DNA of 64,000 nucleotides from the human T2T-CHM13v2.0 reference genome, Homo sapiens: assembly GCF_009914755.1 (NCBI RefSeq), contig NC_060935.1. One strand, 5' to 3'. This document shows positions 14,835 through 28,250 of the stretch, piece after piece (within the stretch, counting starts at the first letter, position 1; each line of letters starts with the position of its first letter). The notes below the pieces were generated by a model. The model worked only from the letters and a program-made list of their open reading frames with translations, made no database searches and was not told the DNA's origin. Both the position numbers and the translations under genes were made by a program.

Positions 14835-15850
14835 TTACATTTTGGCATGATTTTGCAGTGGCTGGAACTGGTTGTTCCTTTCCATGTTTAGCACTTCCTT
14901 CAGGAGCTCTTTTAGGGCAGGCCTGGTGGTGACAAAATCTCTCAGCATTTGCTTGTCTGTAAAGTATTTTATTTCTCCTTCACTTATGAAGCTTAGTTTG
15001 GCTGGATATGAAATTCTGGGTTGAAAATTCTTTTCTTTAAGAATGTTGAATATTGGCCCCCACTCTCTTCTGGCTTGTAGAGTTTCTGCCAAGAGTCTGC
15101 TGTTAGTCTGATGGGCTTCCCTTTGAGGGTAACCCGACCTTTCTCTCTGGCTGCCCTTAACATTTTTTCCTTCATTTCAACTTTGGTGAATCTGACAATT
15201 ATGTGTCTTGGAGTTGCTCTTCTCGAGGAGTATCTTTGTGGTGTTCTCTGTATTTCCTGAATCTGAATGTTGGCCTGCCTTGCTAGATTGGGGGAGTTCT
15301 CCTGGATAATATCCTGCAGAGTGTTTTCCAACTTGGTTCCATTCTCCCCGTCACTTTCAAGTGCACCAATCAGACGTAGATTTGGTCTTTTCACATAGTC
15401 CCATATTTCTTGGAGGCTTTGTTTGTTTCTTTTTATTCTTTTTTCTCTAAACGTCCCTTCTCGCTTCATTTCATTCATTTCATCTTTCATCGCTGATACC
15501 CTTTCTTCCAGTTGATTGCATTGGCTCCTGAGGCTTCTGCATTCTTCATGTAGTTCTCTAGCCTTGGTTTTCAGCTCCATCAGCTCCTTTAAGCACTTCT
15601 CTGTATTGGTTATTCTAGTTATAAATTCGTCTAAATTTTTTTCAAAGTTTTCAACTTCTTTGCCTTTGGTTTGAATGTCCTCCCATAGCTCGGAGTAATT
15701 TGATCGTCTGAAGCCTTCTTCTCTCAGCTCGTCAAAGTCATTCTCCGTCCAGCTTTGTTCCGTTGCTGGTGAGGAACTGCGTTCCTTTGGAGGAGGAGAG
15801 GCGCTCTGCTTTTTAGAGTTTCCAGTTTTTCTGTTCTGTTTTTTCCCCAT
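14835..15850 (-). pseudogene. L1 ORF1p, frameshifted near 15090
   Basis: MGKKQNRKTGNSK start. The C-terminus (AETLQARREW...QNHAKM) lies in a different frame. Confidence 0.95.
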
Positions 15851-17169
15851 CTTTATGGTTTTATCTACTTTTGGTCTTTGATGATGGTGATGTACAGATG
15901 GGTTTTTGGTGTGGATGTCCTTTCTAAAACAGAACATTTAGTAACAGAAAACTAGAAACCGAACATTTATTAACAGAAAACTAGAAAGTTATTTTAAAAA
16001 ATAAATTTTGGGAATAAGGAAAATGATCTCAGAAGGAAGTTTATATGTAATACAAAAAGAAATAGAGAACGATAATGTTAGTAAATTTCTAGAGAAATTT
16101 AAACATTCTGTGAATGATAGCAATGATCACAACAATAAGTATATGTTGAGGAATTAAGAATTGGAAACAAAAATGATAACAACTAAGTCATAAGGAGGGT
16201 GATTAGAATTTTATGTCCCAATTCCCTTACCTATTCTGGGAGGCTAAAACATTAATTAGTTTCAGACTTCATTAATTATGCATGTCAATATTTGAAAGGT
16301 CTGAAGTGTTTTGCATCACCAACAACAAATTTTTCAATTCTCTGGACACCTACTGGGGGTTCAACCATTCAACCCAAATAAAGTTAATTTAATTCAATAC
16401 AATCCAGTTCAACTCAATTCAATTCAGATTTGACATTACCTAGAGTCAGTGTCAAATTCCACAGATTTAAGGGTTTGGTCGCACAAGACTGCCCCATTTC
16501 ATGTGTTAGTCAGAAGACTCAGGCCTTATATACTTCTCACCAACCAGCTACAAATCAAGAATTCCCACAACTCCTTCTCAGTCTTGATTCTAGCAAGAAT
16601 GCATCAGCGAACTCAGGGGAACTCTTTACTTCTATTTACCAGTTTATTATAAACAATGAAATTCAGGAAGAGCCAGGTGGAAGAGATGCTTAGGGCAAAG
16701 TAGGTGCAGTGACGGGGGCAGCATGAGGTGTCCATGCCTTCCCAGCCCCAGCACAGAAGCCCATTAAATCTCATTGTCCAAAGATATTTATAATACTTAC
16801 TCTTCCCTTTCCTCAGGTGGGTGGGCTGAAAGTTCCAATCCTGTAATCACTTGGTCTTTCTGTTGATAAGCCCCCACCTGAGACAATCCAGGAGATCTAT
16901 CCTCAGTCATCTCATTAGTACAAACTCAAGTGTGATTGAAAGGAGCTCATTATGAACAACAGAAGACCTTCCTATTGCTCAGAAAATTCCAAAGGTTTTA
17001 GGAGCTCTGTGCCAGGAAGCAGGACAAAGACAAAATATAGTCATGTACCACTTCATGACATTCTGTGTCAGCAACAGACCACATATGATAGTGGCCATAT
17101 GATATCTATGGCCCCATAAGATAGTGGAGCTGACAACTAGTGACATCATAGACATAGTAACCTCAAAGT

Positions 17170-17691
17170 TGTTGGTACTCAGTAATCCATACCCCAAAAT
17201 ATGGTGCTTTGACATGCTGAACTGATGGAGCCTCAAGGTCTCAATGACCTCTTTAACCCCCTCACCTTGTCTCTTAAAGCACAGGATAAAGTTGTTAAAT
17301 TCCTTTATCCACCTAATGTCTGGACCCACCAAGGAAAACAGTTGTTTTATTTTTCCTCTCCCTGTAAGACCAAAAATATAACCACACCTGAACAGGTTCT
17401 TTCACAAGATACTGTACAAGTTAATCTCTGTTCCCTGTTTCATTTATTTTCCCTAGTAATTCCCTCAACAGAATTCCTCTTCTCTCCCATCTCCCATTAC
17501 CTGTTTTGTCAGGATTGTCTATAAGCTTCTGAACCACTTTGGGGCTGGGGGGTGGTAATCTCTCTGTAGTTCTCCCAGTGTACATGTTAATATATTTTGT
17601 ATGCCTTTTCTCCAATTAATCTCGCCTTTGGGAGTTATTGTTTCAGCAAACCTTCAGAGGGCAAAGGTGATGCTTTCCCTTGATCCCTACA
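17170..17691 (+). mobile_element. MER39-type solo LTR inside Tigger3b
   Basis: tgttgg...ataccccaaaatatggtgctttgacatgctgaactg start, ...ccctaca end. Confidence 0.8.
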
Positions 17692-18271
17692 TACTGCAAT
17701 GCATTATTCATGTGTTTGTGGTGATGCTGGTGTAAACAAACTTACTGTGATGCCAGTCATATAAAAGTATAGCACATGCAATTATGTACATATAAGTACA
17801 TTATGCTTGATAATGCTAATAAACTACTCTGTTACTGGTTTATGGATTCACTATACTACGCTTTTTTATCATTATGTTAGAATGTACTCCTTCTACTTAA
17901 AAAGATAGACTCAGGCAGGTCCTTCAAGAGATATTCCAGAAGGCATTGTTATCACAAGAGATGACAGTTCCGTGTGTGTTATTGCCCCTGAAGAGCTTCC
18001 AGTGGGACAAGATCTGGACGTGTAAGACAGTGATTTCGATGGTTCTGACCCTGTGTAGGCCCAGGCTAGCATGTGTTTGTATCTTAGTTTTTCACAAAAA
18101 AAGTTTAAAGAGAAAACAAATTACAAATAGAAAAAAAGCTTATAAGGACAAAAAAAGTTTTTTGTACAGATGTACAATGGCTTTGTGTTTTAAGCTAATT
18201 GTTATCACAAAGAGCAAGAAGTTTAAAAATATTAAAATGTTTATAAAGTCAAAGAGTTACAGTAAGGTAAG

Positions 18272-18638
18272 TGTCATGGGTGTGCGTGGCTGGGGCTGGC
18301 GTTGTGGGTGGTCAAAGAATTTACAAAGACAGTCATAGGTAAAGAAAGGCAGATTTATTAGAGAAAGTAAGAAAATACGTTGCAAGAGAGCAATGGGCAG
18401 TACAGCAGGGAGAAAGATGTCTGCCAAGAGATAGGATCTAGAGGGATGTTTTATATGGTTGTGCTGGAGAGGTTATGTGCAGATAGGGTCATGCTCCTGG
18501 GGCTACGTACAGAACGAGGTATTTGGGAACGGGATGCTGTGCAAGTTGGTTGGTTGTGGTTAGCCATTTCTCAGAAGAATTGTTCTCCCCCACCCTGAGG
18601 CCCCTTCTTTATTGTTGCTAACTTATCTGGACTCTACA
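18272..18638 (-). mobile_element. MER83/MER84-like solo LTR inside Tigger3b
   Basis: TG...CA ends, TSD gtaag/ctaag, TATA-like box and AATAAA on the minus strand. Confidence 0.7.
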
Positions 18639-20039
18639 CTAAGGTTAACATATTACTGAAGAAAGAAAAATATTTTTAATAAATTTAGTGTAGCTTATGT
18701 GTACAGTGTTTATAGCATCTACAGTAGTGTACACTAATGTCCTAGGCCTTCACTTCACTCTCCACTACCATACTGACACCCAGAGCAACTTCCAGACCTG
18801 CAAGCCCCATTCATGGTAAGTACCATATATAGGTGTAGTATTCTTTATCTTTTATACCATAATTTTACTATGCCTTTTCTATGTTTAGATATGTTTAGAT
18901 AAATAAATACTTACCATTATATTACAGTTGCCTGCGGTGTTGAGTACAGTTACATGCTGTAGAGGTCACTAGCCTAGAAACAATAACTTTTTCATATAGC
19001 CTAAGTGTATAATAGGCTATATCATCTAGGTTCACGGAAGTACACTCTATGATGTTCAAACAAGGACAAAATCACCTAACTGTGAATTTTTCAGATGTAT
19101 TCCTGTTGTTAAGTGGTGCATGACTGTACATTTTTGTAACATACCATGAAGAGTAACTAAAATAGTAGTTGGACAACTATTCAAAACAGTAAACAACCGT
19201 ACAACTTCCAAATCAGTAAAGGAAGAAAAAGTATGAAATTAAACAGAAACATACTTAAATTATTCCAATAAAGGCAAGAAAGTGAAGAAGAGAAGCATAA
19301 ACAACAAGGAAAACAGGAAGTGCTAGCCAAGATAGTAAAAAATATCCAAATATGTCACTAATTACAGTAAGTACAAGAAGACTATGCTCACTAGTTTAAG
19401 TAGAAAGATTCATAAAGATTTTTAAAATAAGTAACTATATTCTACTTAAGAAATAAATAAACATAAAGATGTAGAGAAACTAAAGCAAAAGGAAGGAAAT
19501 AAAATATAATAGACAAATACTACCAAAAGAAAAATTCTGTTACTATATTAATAGCAGGCAAGATAGATTTCAGGGAAATAAACATGTAAAAAATTTGCTA
19601 CATAATTACATAGGATTCCCCTCAACAGGAAGATATCACCATACTAAACATATAATTTTTAAATAAGTAGCCTCAAATAAGAAAATCTTGATAGATTATG
19701 GGGATGACTGGGCATATTGTCCACACTGTGGTGTTTTAATGTACACCTACCCCACTTACTGCAGGTCTTAGATTCATCTCTGTGAGCTGGGGCTGGACCT
19801 GGACTTGGTCTGTAGATCCCAAAGCTGGTTATCAGCTTTTTCTTTCAAAAAGCTCCCTGCTCCTGACTCTTTTCAGTTTGCTGTCTTCTCTGTCTTTTAG
19901 TTTTTGACAATTTTCCTTTCTGTCTTGTGATCCTAGTCATTTTATCCAGTTTCTAGTTGTATTGGAGCAGGAGGGGCTTTCAGAGAATCTCCTCTGCCCT
20001 GCTGCTGGAAACAGATGCCGCCTTTACTGTGTCTTCTTG

Positions 20040-20890
20040 CTTTCAAACATTTCTCCTCACAAATTTAATCCTCATTCTAAGGCCAAAGTGATCTTTCTAC
20101 AATATGACTCTAACCACTTCACTAACCTGCATTAAAGTCTTCTGTGTCTTACCATCAACTGAAAACAATTTGATGATCTTAGTCTGGGGAAAAAGGTTCT
20201 TCAGGAACTGGCCTCTGCCTGTCTTCTCAGCATCATCATCTTTGGTCTCAGTTCTGCAGGGTTTAAACTTGGAGCAGCTTGAGACTCTCCATGGTCTCTT
20301 GGCACCCTGTGTTTTGTGCAGATGGTTTTGGCTGTCTATAAGTTTCTCCCCCAAATCAGGATAGATATTTAGTGAACACACACGAGCATGGATACACTGG
20401 TTGTTAAAATATCAAAATGCTTTTGTACAAATACATGAATTATCACAACTATGTCTTTTTCTACAGGAATTTTTGCTCCCTCCCTGCTAGTCTAACAAAT
20501 CAGACACCTGTCATGGTGGGAGTGGGGTTTCAAGACCCTGCTCCAGACTAGAGACTTAATCAGTCAGTGCCTAGGTTGTGCAGCCTGTTAAATGTCTTCA
20601 ATGTTACTCCTGCTTCCACTCCCTTTTTTCTGGGCAAATCCTACTTGTACTGCAAGATTCCTACAAAGCATTGATTTTTCTATAAAAAATTCCATGCCCT
20701 TCTTTCCTTACCCCTTTTTCTGTGCTACACTAATCACTCTGTGTATCCCTCTGCCCTGTTCTGTCCTCTGCTATGTCATAAATGATTCTCCTGCACATCG
20801 GACTCTGTGCTCCTTAAAGGCAGAGCCATGTCTTAATCGTCATGGTATGTTCTGTTGTTAGCAGTGTTTTGGCACATGATCAAACCTCAG
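20040..20890 (+). mobile_element. L2 fragments
   Basis: gtgatcttt...tggcctctgcctgtcttctcagcatcatc and an L2 3' end near 20800-20890. Confidence 0.55.
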
Positions 20891-21859
20891 TAAAACCTAG
20901 GATTTGGCACTGAGCATTTAGATTGGCCTACTCTTTCTCTAACTCTAAGAGAGAAGAGAGGGACTGAAAACATGTCTAACTTGGTTTATGATCTTGATTT
21001 CAGCATGAGGCATGAGTTCAGCAGCTGCTAGTAGCCCTGAGCCTTCATTCTCCTGAAACAAAGAGCATCAGGAAGCAGAAGAGGAAGTCCCTCTTTCTGG
21101 GTGGGAGACTCTCCCATCCCAATTTGAGCAGGAAGAGTCCCCACAGAGCATACTTTGTTTATATTTTCTTTATACAAATATTTTTGAATGACTTCTGATT
21201 ATTTATTTCTGGCTGATTGTCAACAGTCAGGATGAAAAAGGTAGACTGCATGCAAAAACATTATTGTAGTAGAAATTTTGATTCTACTTTGGGAAGGTTT
21301 TTAATTTTGAAGATATTCTCCTTAGATCTCATTCCTGACTGTAATCGAAAGGCTGTAACACATTTTTTTACATTGCTTTTATTTCTGGTTATTGCCATGG
21401 TAACACAGACTTATTCCAACATATATGCATTTTGGGCAAATCTCTTACTTAAGAAAAATGCCAAGGAGAATAAGAAGTAAGGGAAAGATGCAAATGACTT
21501 CTGTCAAATACATTTTGTGATGTTCAGTTGTTAACTTGTTATCAAATGAAAGCAAGCAATTTATTCTTCTGGTGATTAAAAGAAGGGCAAAAATGTACCC
21601 ACTTGTAAAGAACTTGTGCAATTCACAAGAGTTAAAAAAGAAACAATCTGGTACCTATGATTATAGAGGAGAAAACTGAGTAAAGATGAATAAATTACAG
21701 AGATAAGTGACTTGCTTTACAGTCACATGACTAGTGAATGGTAGAGCTCAGTTGAGGACTTTTTTCTTCAGCAAATGACCTTGTGAATGGCAAAGAAATA
21801 CCTAAGGAGGCATGGCTAAATTTGTATGACAAACAGAGTCATGCTGATTTATTAGTGTA

Positions 21860-22490
21860 TTGATTCATTTATATTAAATGCTTGTTATGTGCCAGGCCCT
21901 ATGCTAGGTTCTGGGATTAAATAAAGAATCACATATCCATGAAACTTTATGGAGTTAACAGTTAAGCAAGAGAGATAGACATTAACTTATAATTACTCAA
22001 ATAAATATAACATTAGCTACTGTGAAAAGGACATGAAGGTAAAGCATGGAGCACTATGAAAGCAGGTAACATGTGGACTTAATATAGCAAAGTGGTTAGA
22101 AGATGTCTCCTTGGTAAAGTTACATTGACCTGAATCCAGAAAAATTATTTGCTAAATGTGGAGGAGGCCAAAGAGAAGCCAGGCAGGGGCACTAATGCAG
22201 GGTCCTTAGGGGAGACATGTGGTGTGTCTGTAGAGCAAAGAGAAGTCCTGGACTGCACGCATGATGAGTGCCAGAGAGAGTGCTGAAGATGACATTGGTT
22301 AATATGAAGCTGAGGCACAGGAGAGCACAGATCCTAGAGCATCCTTGAAGTCATATCAAGAATTCTGATTTTGATCTTGAGCTCACTGGGAGACCATTGA
22401 CAAGTTTTTATTAGGAGAATATTAGCACTAGAGTGCTCATGCTGGCTGCAGGTAGGTGTGGGAATGGAGCGCCAATGAAGGCATATTTTC
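21860..22490 (-). mobile_element. L2 3' region
   Basis: tatgtgccaggccctatgctaggttctggga followed by purine-rich L2 motifs. Confidence 0.65.
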
Positions 22491-23294
22491 AATAGTTTAT
22501 GTTCCTGATAGTAGTTTTCCTTAAAGAAGTAACAGTGGAGACCAAGTTCAGTGCATGCATTTGGATTAAATACACATTTTGGAAATAGAATAAACAAAAC
22601 TCTTGGGGAATAGGGGAAAGAAACGTTTCAAAGATGACACCAGTAGAATCTTTTTCACAATCAAACCACCTGGACAATAGGACCAAAGCTGTTCTTGGTT
22701 CTCCAGGACTCTTGACTCTACAGTTTGGGTGCAGCAGAGAACTTCTCATAAAAACTTCCTGATAATTGCTATTTAGAATCTGAGTTGGCGTTGTTAATAA
22801 GTAAGAGGAAAGATTTGGCAGTGTTTATAAATACTGTTTAGGTAGGAGAGTTGTTAGCAAAAACTTGTTATTGATGTATGGACAAACATGTTATCAATTC
22901 ACTTATAGAATTCCTCTATAGAGTTCCTTTAGGAAATACTAAGCCAAACTATAAAATTCAGATTATCATCTTCCCTTTGATGAAAGTCAAAGTTTATTAA
23001 GGTCAACAGTCATGCTATTACTCCGTATAAGACTTTTCAGTGGCTTCCTAGTCTCTTTAAGTCAAATGCCTTAACATGTTTAAAGGGTCCTTCATGATCT
23101 AGTTCTTATTTTTTCTCTAATTTAGGGTGACTTTTGTTACAAATATCAGATATCTCAGAACACACTGACTTAACCAATACTGGGATTCATTTACTCACAT
23201 TACTGTAAAACCTAGAGTTGATCAGCATCTGGTCTTGTTTATCTGTGATTTTTCTCAGTACCTGCCTCATCCTTAGGCTTGCTCTCTCTCTCTC

Positions 23295-23930
23295 TTTTTA
23301 AAAAAATTGTAATTGACAATAATAATTTTATATATATTTATGCAGTACAATGTGATGTTTTGATTTATGTTTATATTATGGAACGATTAAATCACACTAA
23401 CAGATCCATCTCACATACTTATTTTTTTGTGGTGGAAACATTTAAAGTTCACTTTTTGTAATTTTGAAATATACAATGCAAGGCTGGGTATGGTGGCTTA
23501 TGCCTGTAATACCAACATCTTGGGAGTCTGAGGTGGGAATATTACTTAAGCCAGGAATTCAAGACAGCCTGGGCAACATAACGAGATCCTCACCTCTCCA
23601 AAATAAAAATTTTATAAATTACCTGGGTGTGGTGGTATGTACCTATAGTCCCAGCTACTTGGGATGCTGAGGTGGGAGAATCACTTTAGCCCAGGAGTTT
23701 GAGGCTGCAGTGAGCTATGATTGAGCCACTGCCCTCCAGCCTGGATAACAGAGAGAGAACCTGTCCCTAAATTTAAAAGAAATCAATATACAGCATAGTA
23801 TTATTTATTATAGTTATCATTCTGTGCAAGATATTACTACAGCTTATTTCTCCTTTCTAACCGAAATATTGTACCCTTTGATCAACATCTCCCCCTTTCC
23901 CATCCACCTGCCTCCTCCAGCCTCTGGCAG
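23295..23930 (-). mobile_element. L1MA 3' end, split by an AluJ
   Basis: tacaatgtgatgttttga...tgtaccctttgatcaacatctccc. Confidence 0.8.
23482..23783 (+). mobile_element. AluJ
   Basis: Full dimer with J-type diagnostics. Confidence 0.9.
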
Positions 23931-24849
23931 GTAATTGCCAAAAGCTGGTTCTCTTGAAGGTTGCAAGATGGTAGCTAAAAGAAATAAGATGGCATTCTTT
24001 CTCAATCATGTTTAGGAGATTAAGAGGACACTGATTACTTCAAACATGAAACAAGGGCCCCAAGCTCTTCTGTGCTGGGACTAACCTGAACAAATTACAT
24101 TGAGTGGGCAGTTAGGCTCTTCTGATAGGCGTAAGACACTCTGGGCTCACAGAGTCACTTTTAAATACATTTGTTTAATGAATGAATGAAATATGCTTGG
24201 AATTTTACGTAATTCAGATAGTACACCCCTCTGGAACCTGTGTAAAGCAACAGCTTCAATATTAAATGGATGTTGGCTGCACATTTTCAGCATGCCAGTT
24301 CTTAAATCCTGGAAAGTAATTTTCCACTGGCCTCCTGCCTTATGTCCTTTGATTTTGACCTGACTTGATTTTTACTTTTGGAGCCTGTTAAGAAGTTATT
24401 TGAGCATCACTCTTGAGTGTCCTATGGGTGATAAAATAAAAGAGCTAGGCTACGGGAAGATGAGGTGTGGTGTACCTAACCTTATACAATCTGTATGTAA
24501 GAAACTTGCTGTGAATTTCTTTATTTTATAGACTCTGATAACTTCAAGAGATCCTATGGAAAATCCACTAACAAAATAGTAACGTTTGTGAAAAGTAAGT
24601 AACTGCTTCCTATCTTATCTGTTATGCAAATCTGGATACTTACAATAACAGATAATAACAATAACACACTTATTCTGTGAAGTCACACCAGTGACAATAT
24701 ATCCATCAATTTCTGTTGTGTTTTTTTTGTGTATAAGTCACTTGATTTATAAGTATCACTAGACTGTAAGTTCCTCTGAGTGCTAATTCATGCTTATTTC
24801 CCCAGTTTAATACATTTTGTTAAGCTCTTACTGCCTATTTATAAATTGA

Positions 24850-26260
24850 AATTATCCATTTATTCCTCATCTATTAACATCCTGCTAGGAGCCAGGCACT
24901 AGGCTAGGTGCTGAAGACTCAAAGACAAAATATAATGTTTCTCTCTTAGAGATCCTATTTTTAAAAGAGGGGAAGATAACTAGATCTATAACTGGCAAAT
25001 TTTAGTGTGATTGGTACTTCAATAGGGCATAAAAACAGATGGAGATGCAAAAGAGGAAATGCTCAACCTTCTCTTGGTAGTAAGTGGCAGACAAAGATGA
25101 GGTATTCAAGGAAAGCATCCAAGAAGAGAGAAGGAAGAGTAGAATTTTTGAATGTAGACAAGGGGAGTGAGGATAGATGACAAAGAGCACATGGGTAAAG
25201 GCATGAAGCCATGCAATAAAATGGCGTGTCCTCAAAACTTTACATGCTCCAAATTGCCGAGGAAGAAAAGGCAGATAATGAGATTGGAGAGGTAACCAGC
25301 AGCCATATCATAGAGGGCCAAAGTAAGCATGCTACAGACTTAACCTTAAAAGAAATGATTACAAACTTAATAAATGATAAAGATTTAATTAGGGTGGTAA
25401 CACAATAGAACAACCTCAGGCAAGATGGATTGGCGTGGAAGATAGATTGGAGCAGGCCAAGAATGAAGCCAGGAGTATCCGTTAAGGAGTTCCACAGCCC
25501 AGTTAAGCAATCACGATGACTGATGGAACACCTTTTTTGGGAAGTCGACTTGGAAAAACTTTATGATCAATGGAGTACAAAGGAGAAAGAGAAACCTAGG
25601 ATGACACCTGGCTTAGGTGACTGGTTGTCAGATGGTAATGCCAGTACTCAACTTAGATCCTAAGAGGAAAGATAGGTTTAATTTTTGTTCTACCTATATT
25701 GAGCTGAAGTATCTCCAGGATGACCTATATGGGCAGTTGGATATTAGTTCTGAATATCAGGAAAGAGATCTGCTGAGTAGCAATGTATATTATTTGAAGA
25801 TCATCAAGGTGGAGGTAATAGTTAAGTCCCTGCACTTGAATGAGGTTGCCCAGGGAGATTATTAAAGTGAAAAGTTGGCACAGAAGAGAATGTTGGGTAC
25901 CACCAACATTTATGTGGGAAAGTAAAGCAAAAGAATGTAACTATGAAGATCAAGAAAAAAAAAAGAGGCAGGAAAAGCACCTAGATGCCATGGCACAATG
26001 GACTCAAAGGGAAGATAGAGCATTAAAGAGGACATTTTTATTTAGGTAAATAAGTAGACTAAGAATGAAACTAGGTCCACGTTAATTAGCTACAAAGTAT
26101 ACATGAGTAAAATGGATTGGTGTCCTTGAAAAGAGTAATTTCAGTGGTGTGTTGGGTTAATGAATGGGGAATTGGAGGGTGGAGGTCATGAGTAAACTGG
26201 TTTTCCAAGTGGTCAGGCCATAATGGGAAGAAGAGTGATGAAGTAGATAGTTACCTAAGT
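24850..26260 (-). mobile_element. L2 3' region
   Basis: gccaggcactaggctaggtgctgaaga and ccttgaaaagagtaatttcagtgg. Confidence 0.7.
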
Positions 26261-27528
26261 GTCTGTCCTAAAGCAGTCAAAATGTATATATGTGTGTATT
26301 TCTTTAAAACTTGGAATAAAGTTTTAGCTATAAAATATGGAGAAGTTCAGAGAGACAGAAAGGGAGAGGGAGAGAGGGGGAGAAAAAACATAGGAGAAGA
26401 AAGAAATATTAATGGAATAAGTCTAATGGCAAGATGAGAAAACAGAATTGAGGCTCAAGGATATAGGCGAAGAAATTATCTCGAAAAGGGGAAAGGACAT
26501 TTCTTCATAAAAACCAAAGTGAAAGTATTGGTATAGAAACTGATATGAATAAATTTACAATCATTTAGCCTCATTTGATTATGAGTAAATTGAAATGCCC
26601 TATATTCACTTGCTATTTTTTGGAGGAAGTTTAAAAGATGTTAGAGGTAGACTCAACCTTTCACTTGTCTTTTTCTAAGATACAGTCAGGTTGATTAATT
26701 TCTTCCATAAAAGCAAGTCAAATTCCATTTCTTTGACAGCTCCCACTTGTTTTCTCATTGTTACACAATCTGAAGAGGTGGCTTGTATCTTTGTTGATGT
26801 CAGTCAGCAGAGATTTAAGTTTGGTGGAAATCTTGAGCTCTATTAGGTTCTGCCCTCAAAACTCAGGCTTGTGACTTAAATTTACCTTGTTCAGGTTTCC
26901 AAAGGAATGACTCATAGCCAACAAAAGGATACTTTTTCCTTCTCCAATTTTCCAAGGACAGAGTTTGGGGATGTGTCCACGGGATGCTTAATACCCCTAT
27001 TCTGTTCTTCAGCCTTAATTATCCATCTGGTTCCTCAGACAATTTATTAGACTCTGACAAATCTGAACAGATGGGCTGTAGCAATTGAAATGAGGATAGG
27101 CAATGGAGAGGTTAAACAATGGCAAAAACAGAACCTAAACACATAATTTTATTTAATTCTTACACCTCTGAGAAGTGGGCATTATATTATTATTGCTGGA
27201 ATCCACTGTGGTCAGGCTGGCATTGGTACAGTTTGATGATGGGGGATGAGGCAGGCATGTGTTTTGCATGCATTGGTTCACATGCAGGGAATAAAGCATG
27301 TTAGAGGAGGGTGTATTTATATTAGAAGAGGACATAGTTGTACATATTAGAGGAATACAAGAGGTGTAAAAGTAAAAGAGTCATATTTAGCAATTTAGCA
27401 TACAAAATATGGTACTTTGGACTCATCAACCAAAGAATAAAAAGGTAATTTCTGGTTCCCCATTCAGAGGATTGGACAATCAGGGCCCATATTCTGGATT
27501 TCTGCGTGTTCATGCCCCAGAGGAATAT

Positions 27529-27876
27529 TGTCTTAGTCTGTTCAGATTGCTATGAAAAATACCATAAAGTGAGTAGCTTATGAACAGCAGAAAATTATTT
27601 CTCACAGTTCTAGAGGCTGGGAAGTCCAAGTTCAAGGCACTGGCAGATTTGGTGTCTGATGGGGTCCCACTTTCTGAGTCATAAATCGTGCCTTCTCACT
27701 GTGTCCTCAGAGGTAGAAAGGATGAGCTGGCCCTCTGGGTTCTCTTTCATAAGGGCACAAATTTCATTCATGAGGGCAGAGCCTCTAAAGGCATCATCTT
27801 CTAATACCATCACACTTTGGTGATTACATTTTAACATATGAATTTTGGTGGGACACAAGCATTCAGAACACAGAAA
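27529..27876 (-). mobile_element. MLT1A0-type MaLR solo LTR
   Basis: tgtcttagtctgttcag...ctcacagttctagaggctgggaagtccaag. Confidence 0.85.
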
Positions 27877-27977
27877 ATATTAAAATTGTTTTTGCATTTC
27901 ACAGCTGAAAGTTGCCAGATACAGTGACACCAAGTAAAGAAAATCTTGCTGTATAGTTTTTATTGGTAAGGTCCAGG

Positions 27978-28250
27978 CCAAGGGTTGCAAACTCTGATGA
28001 CTACAACAGCCAAACAGTTACCATAAAACAATGAAGAGAGCTAGGTGTAACCAGTCAGGAGTGGTGAGGACTGTAGGAAACTGTTGAGTGTGTGCCCTAT
28101 CTAAAGTGCTACTCAGTTACTGCCCACTCTTGACATGCAGGAATGTGGACTCAATTCATCAGATTTTTTTATTTATTAAGAGAAGTTACAAAAATTCTAA
28201 ATGTATAATCTTCTAGTTTTTGATGTTGGCATAAATGTTATAAACTAACC
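27978..28250 (-). mobile_element. MER102-like hAT-Charlie MITE
   Basis: gggttgcaaactc...ggagtggtgaggactgt...atgttggca. Confidence 0.6.

Larger units (their letters stand above)
17038..19126 (+). mobile_element. Tigger3b (Golem) non-autonomous DNA transposon
   Basis: Terminal inverted repeats agtcatgtaccactt / aagtggtgcatgactg, TA flanks, internal ccagtgggacaagat. Confidence 0.85.
16302..19147 (-). mobile_element. MER21B-like LTR, split by Tigger3b
   Basis: cacaagactgcccc, gggtgggctgaaagttcca and aggttttaggagctctgtgccaggaa. The last ~20 nt follow the Tigger. Confidence 0.75.
15990..19760 (+). mobile_element. Old L1M relic (ORF1 end to ORF2 start), host of the nested insertions
   Basis: A-rich L1M-like sequence at 15990-16300 and 19150-19760. 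Confidence 0.55.

Noticed and set aside
14993-15937. Apparent N-terminally extended 314-aa ORF1
   Set aside because: The start comes from flanking DNA. The true ATG is at 15850 and the tail is out of frame
17946-18338. 130-aa ORF in Tigger3b as a transposase
   Set aside because: Non-autonomous element, no DDE/HTH motif recognised, and the ORF runs into an LTR
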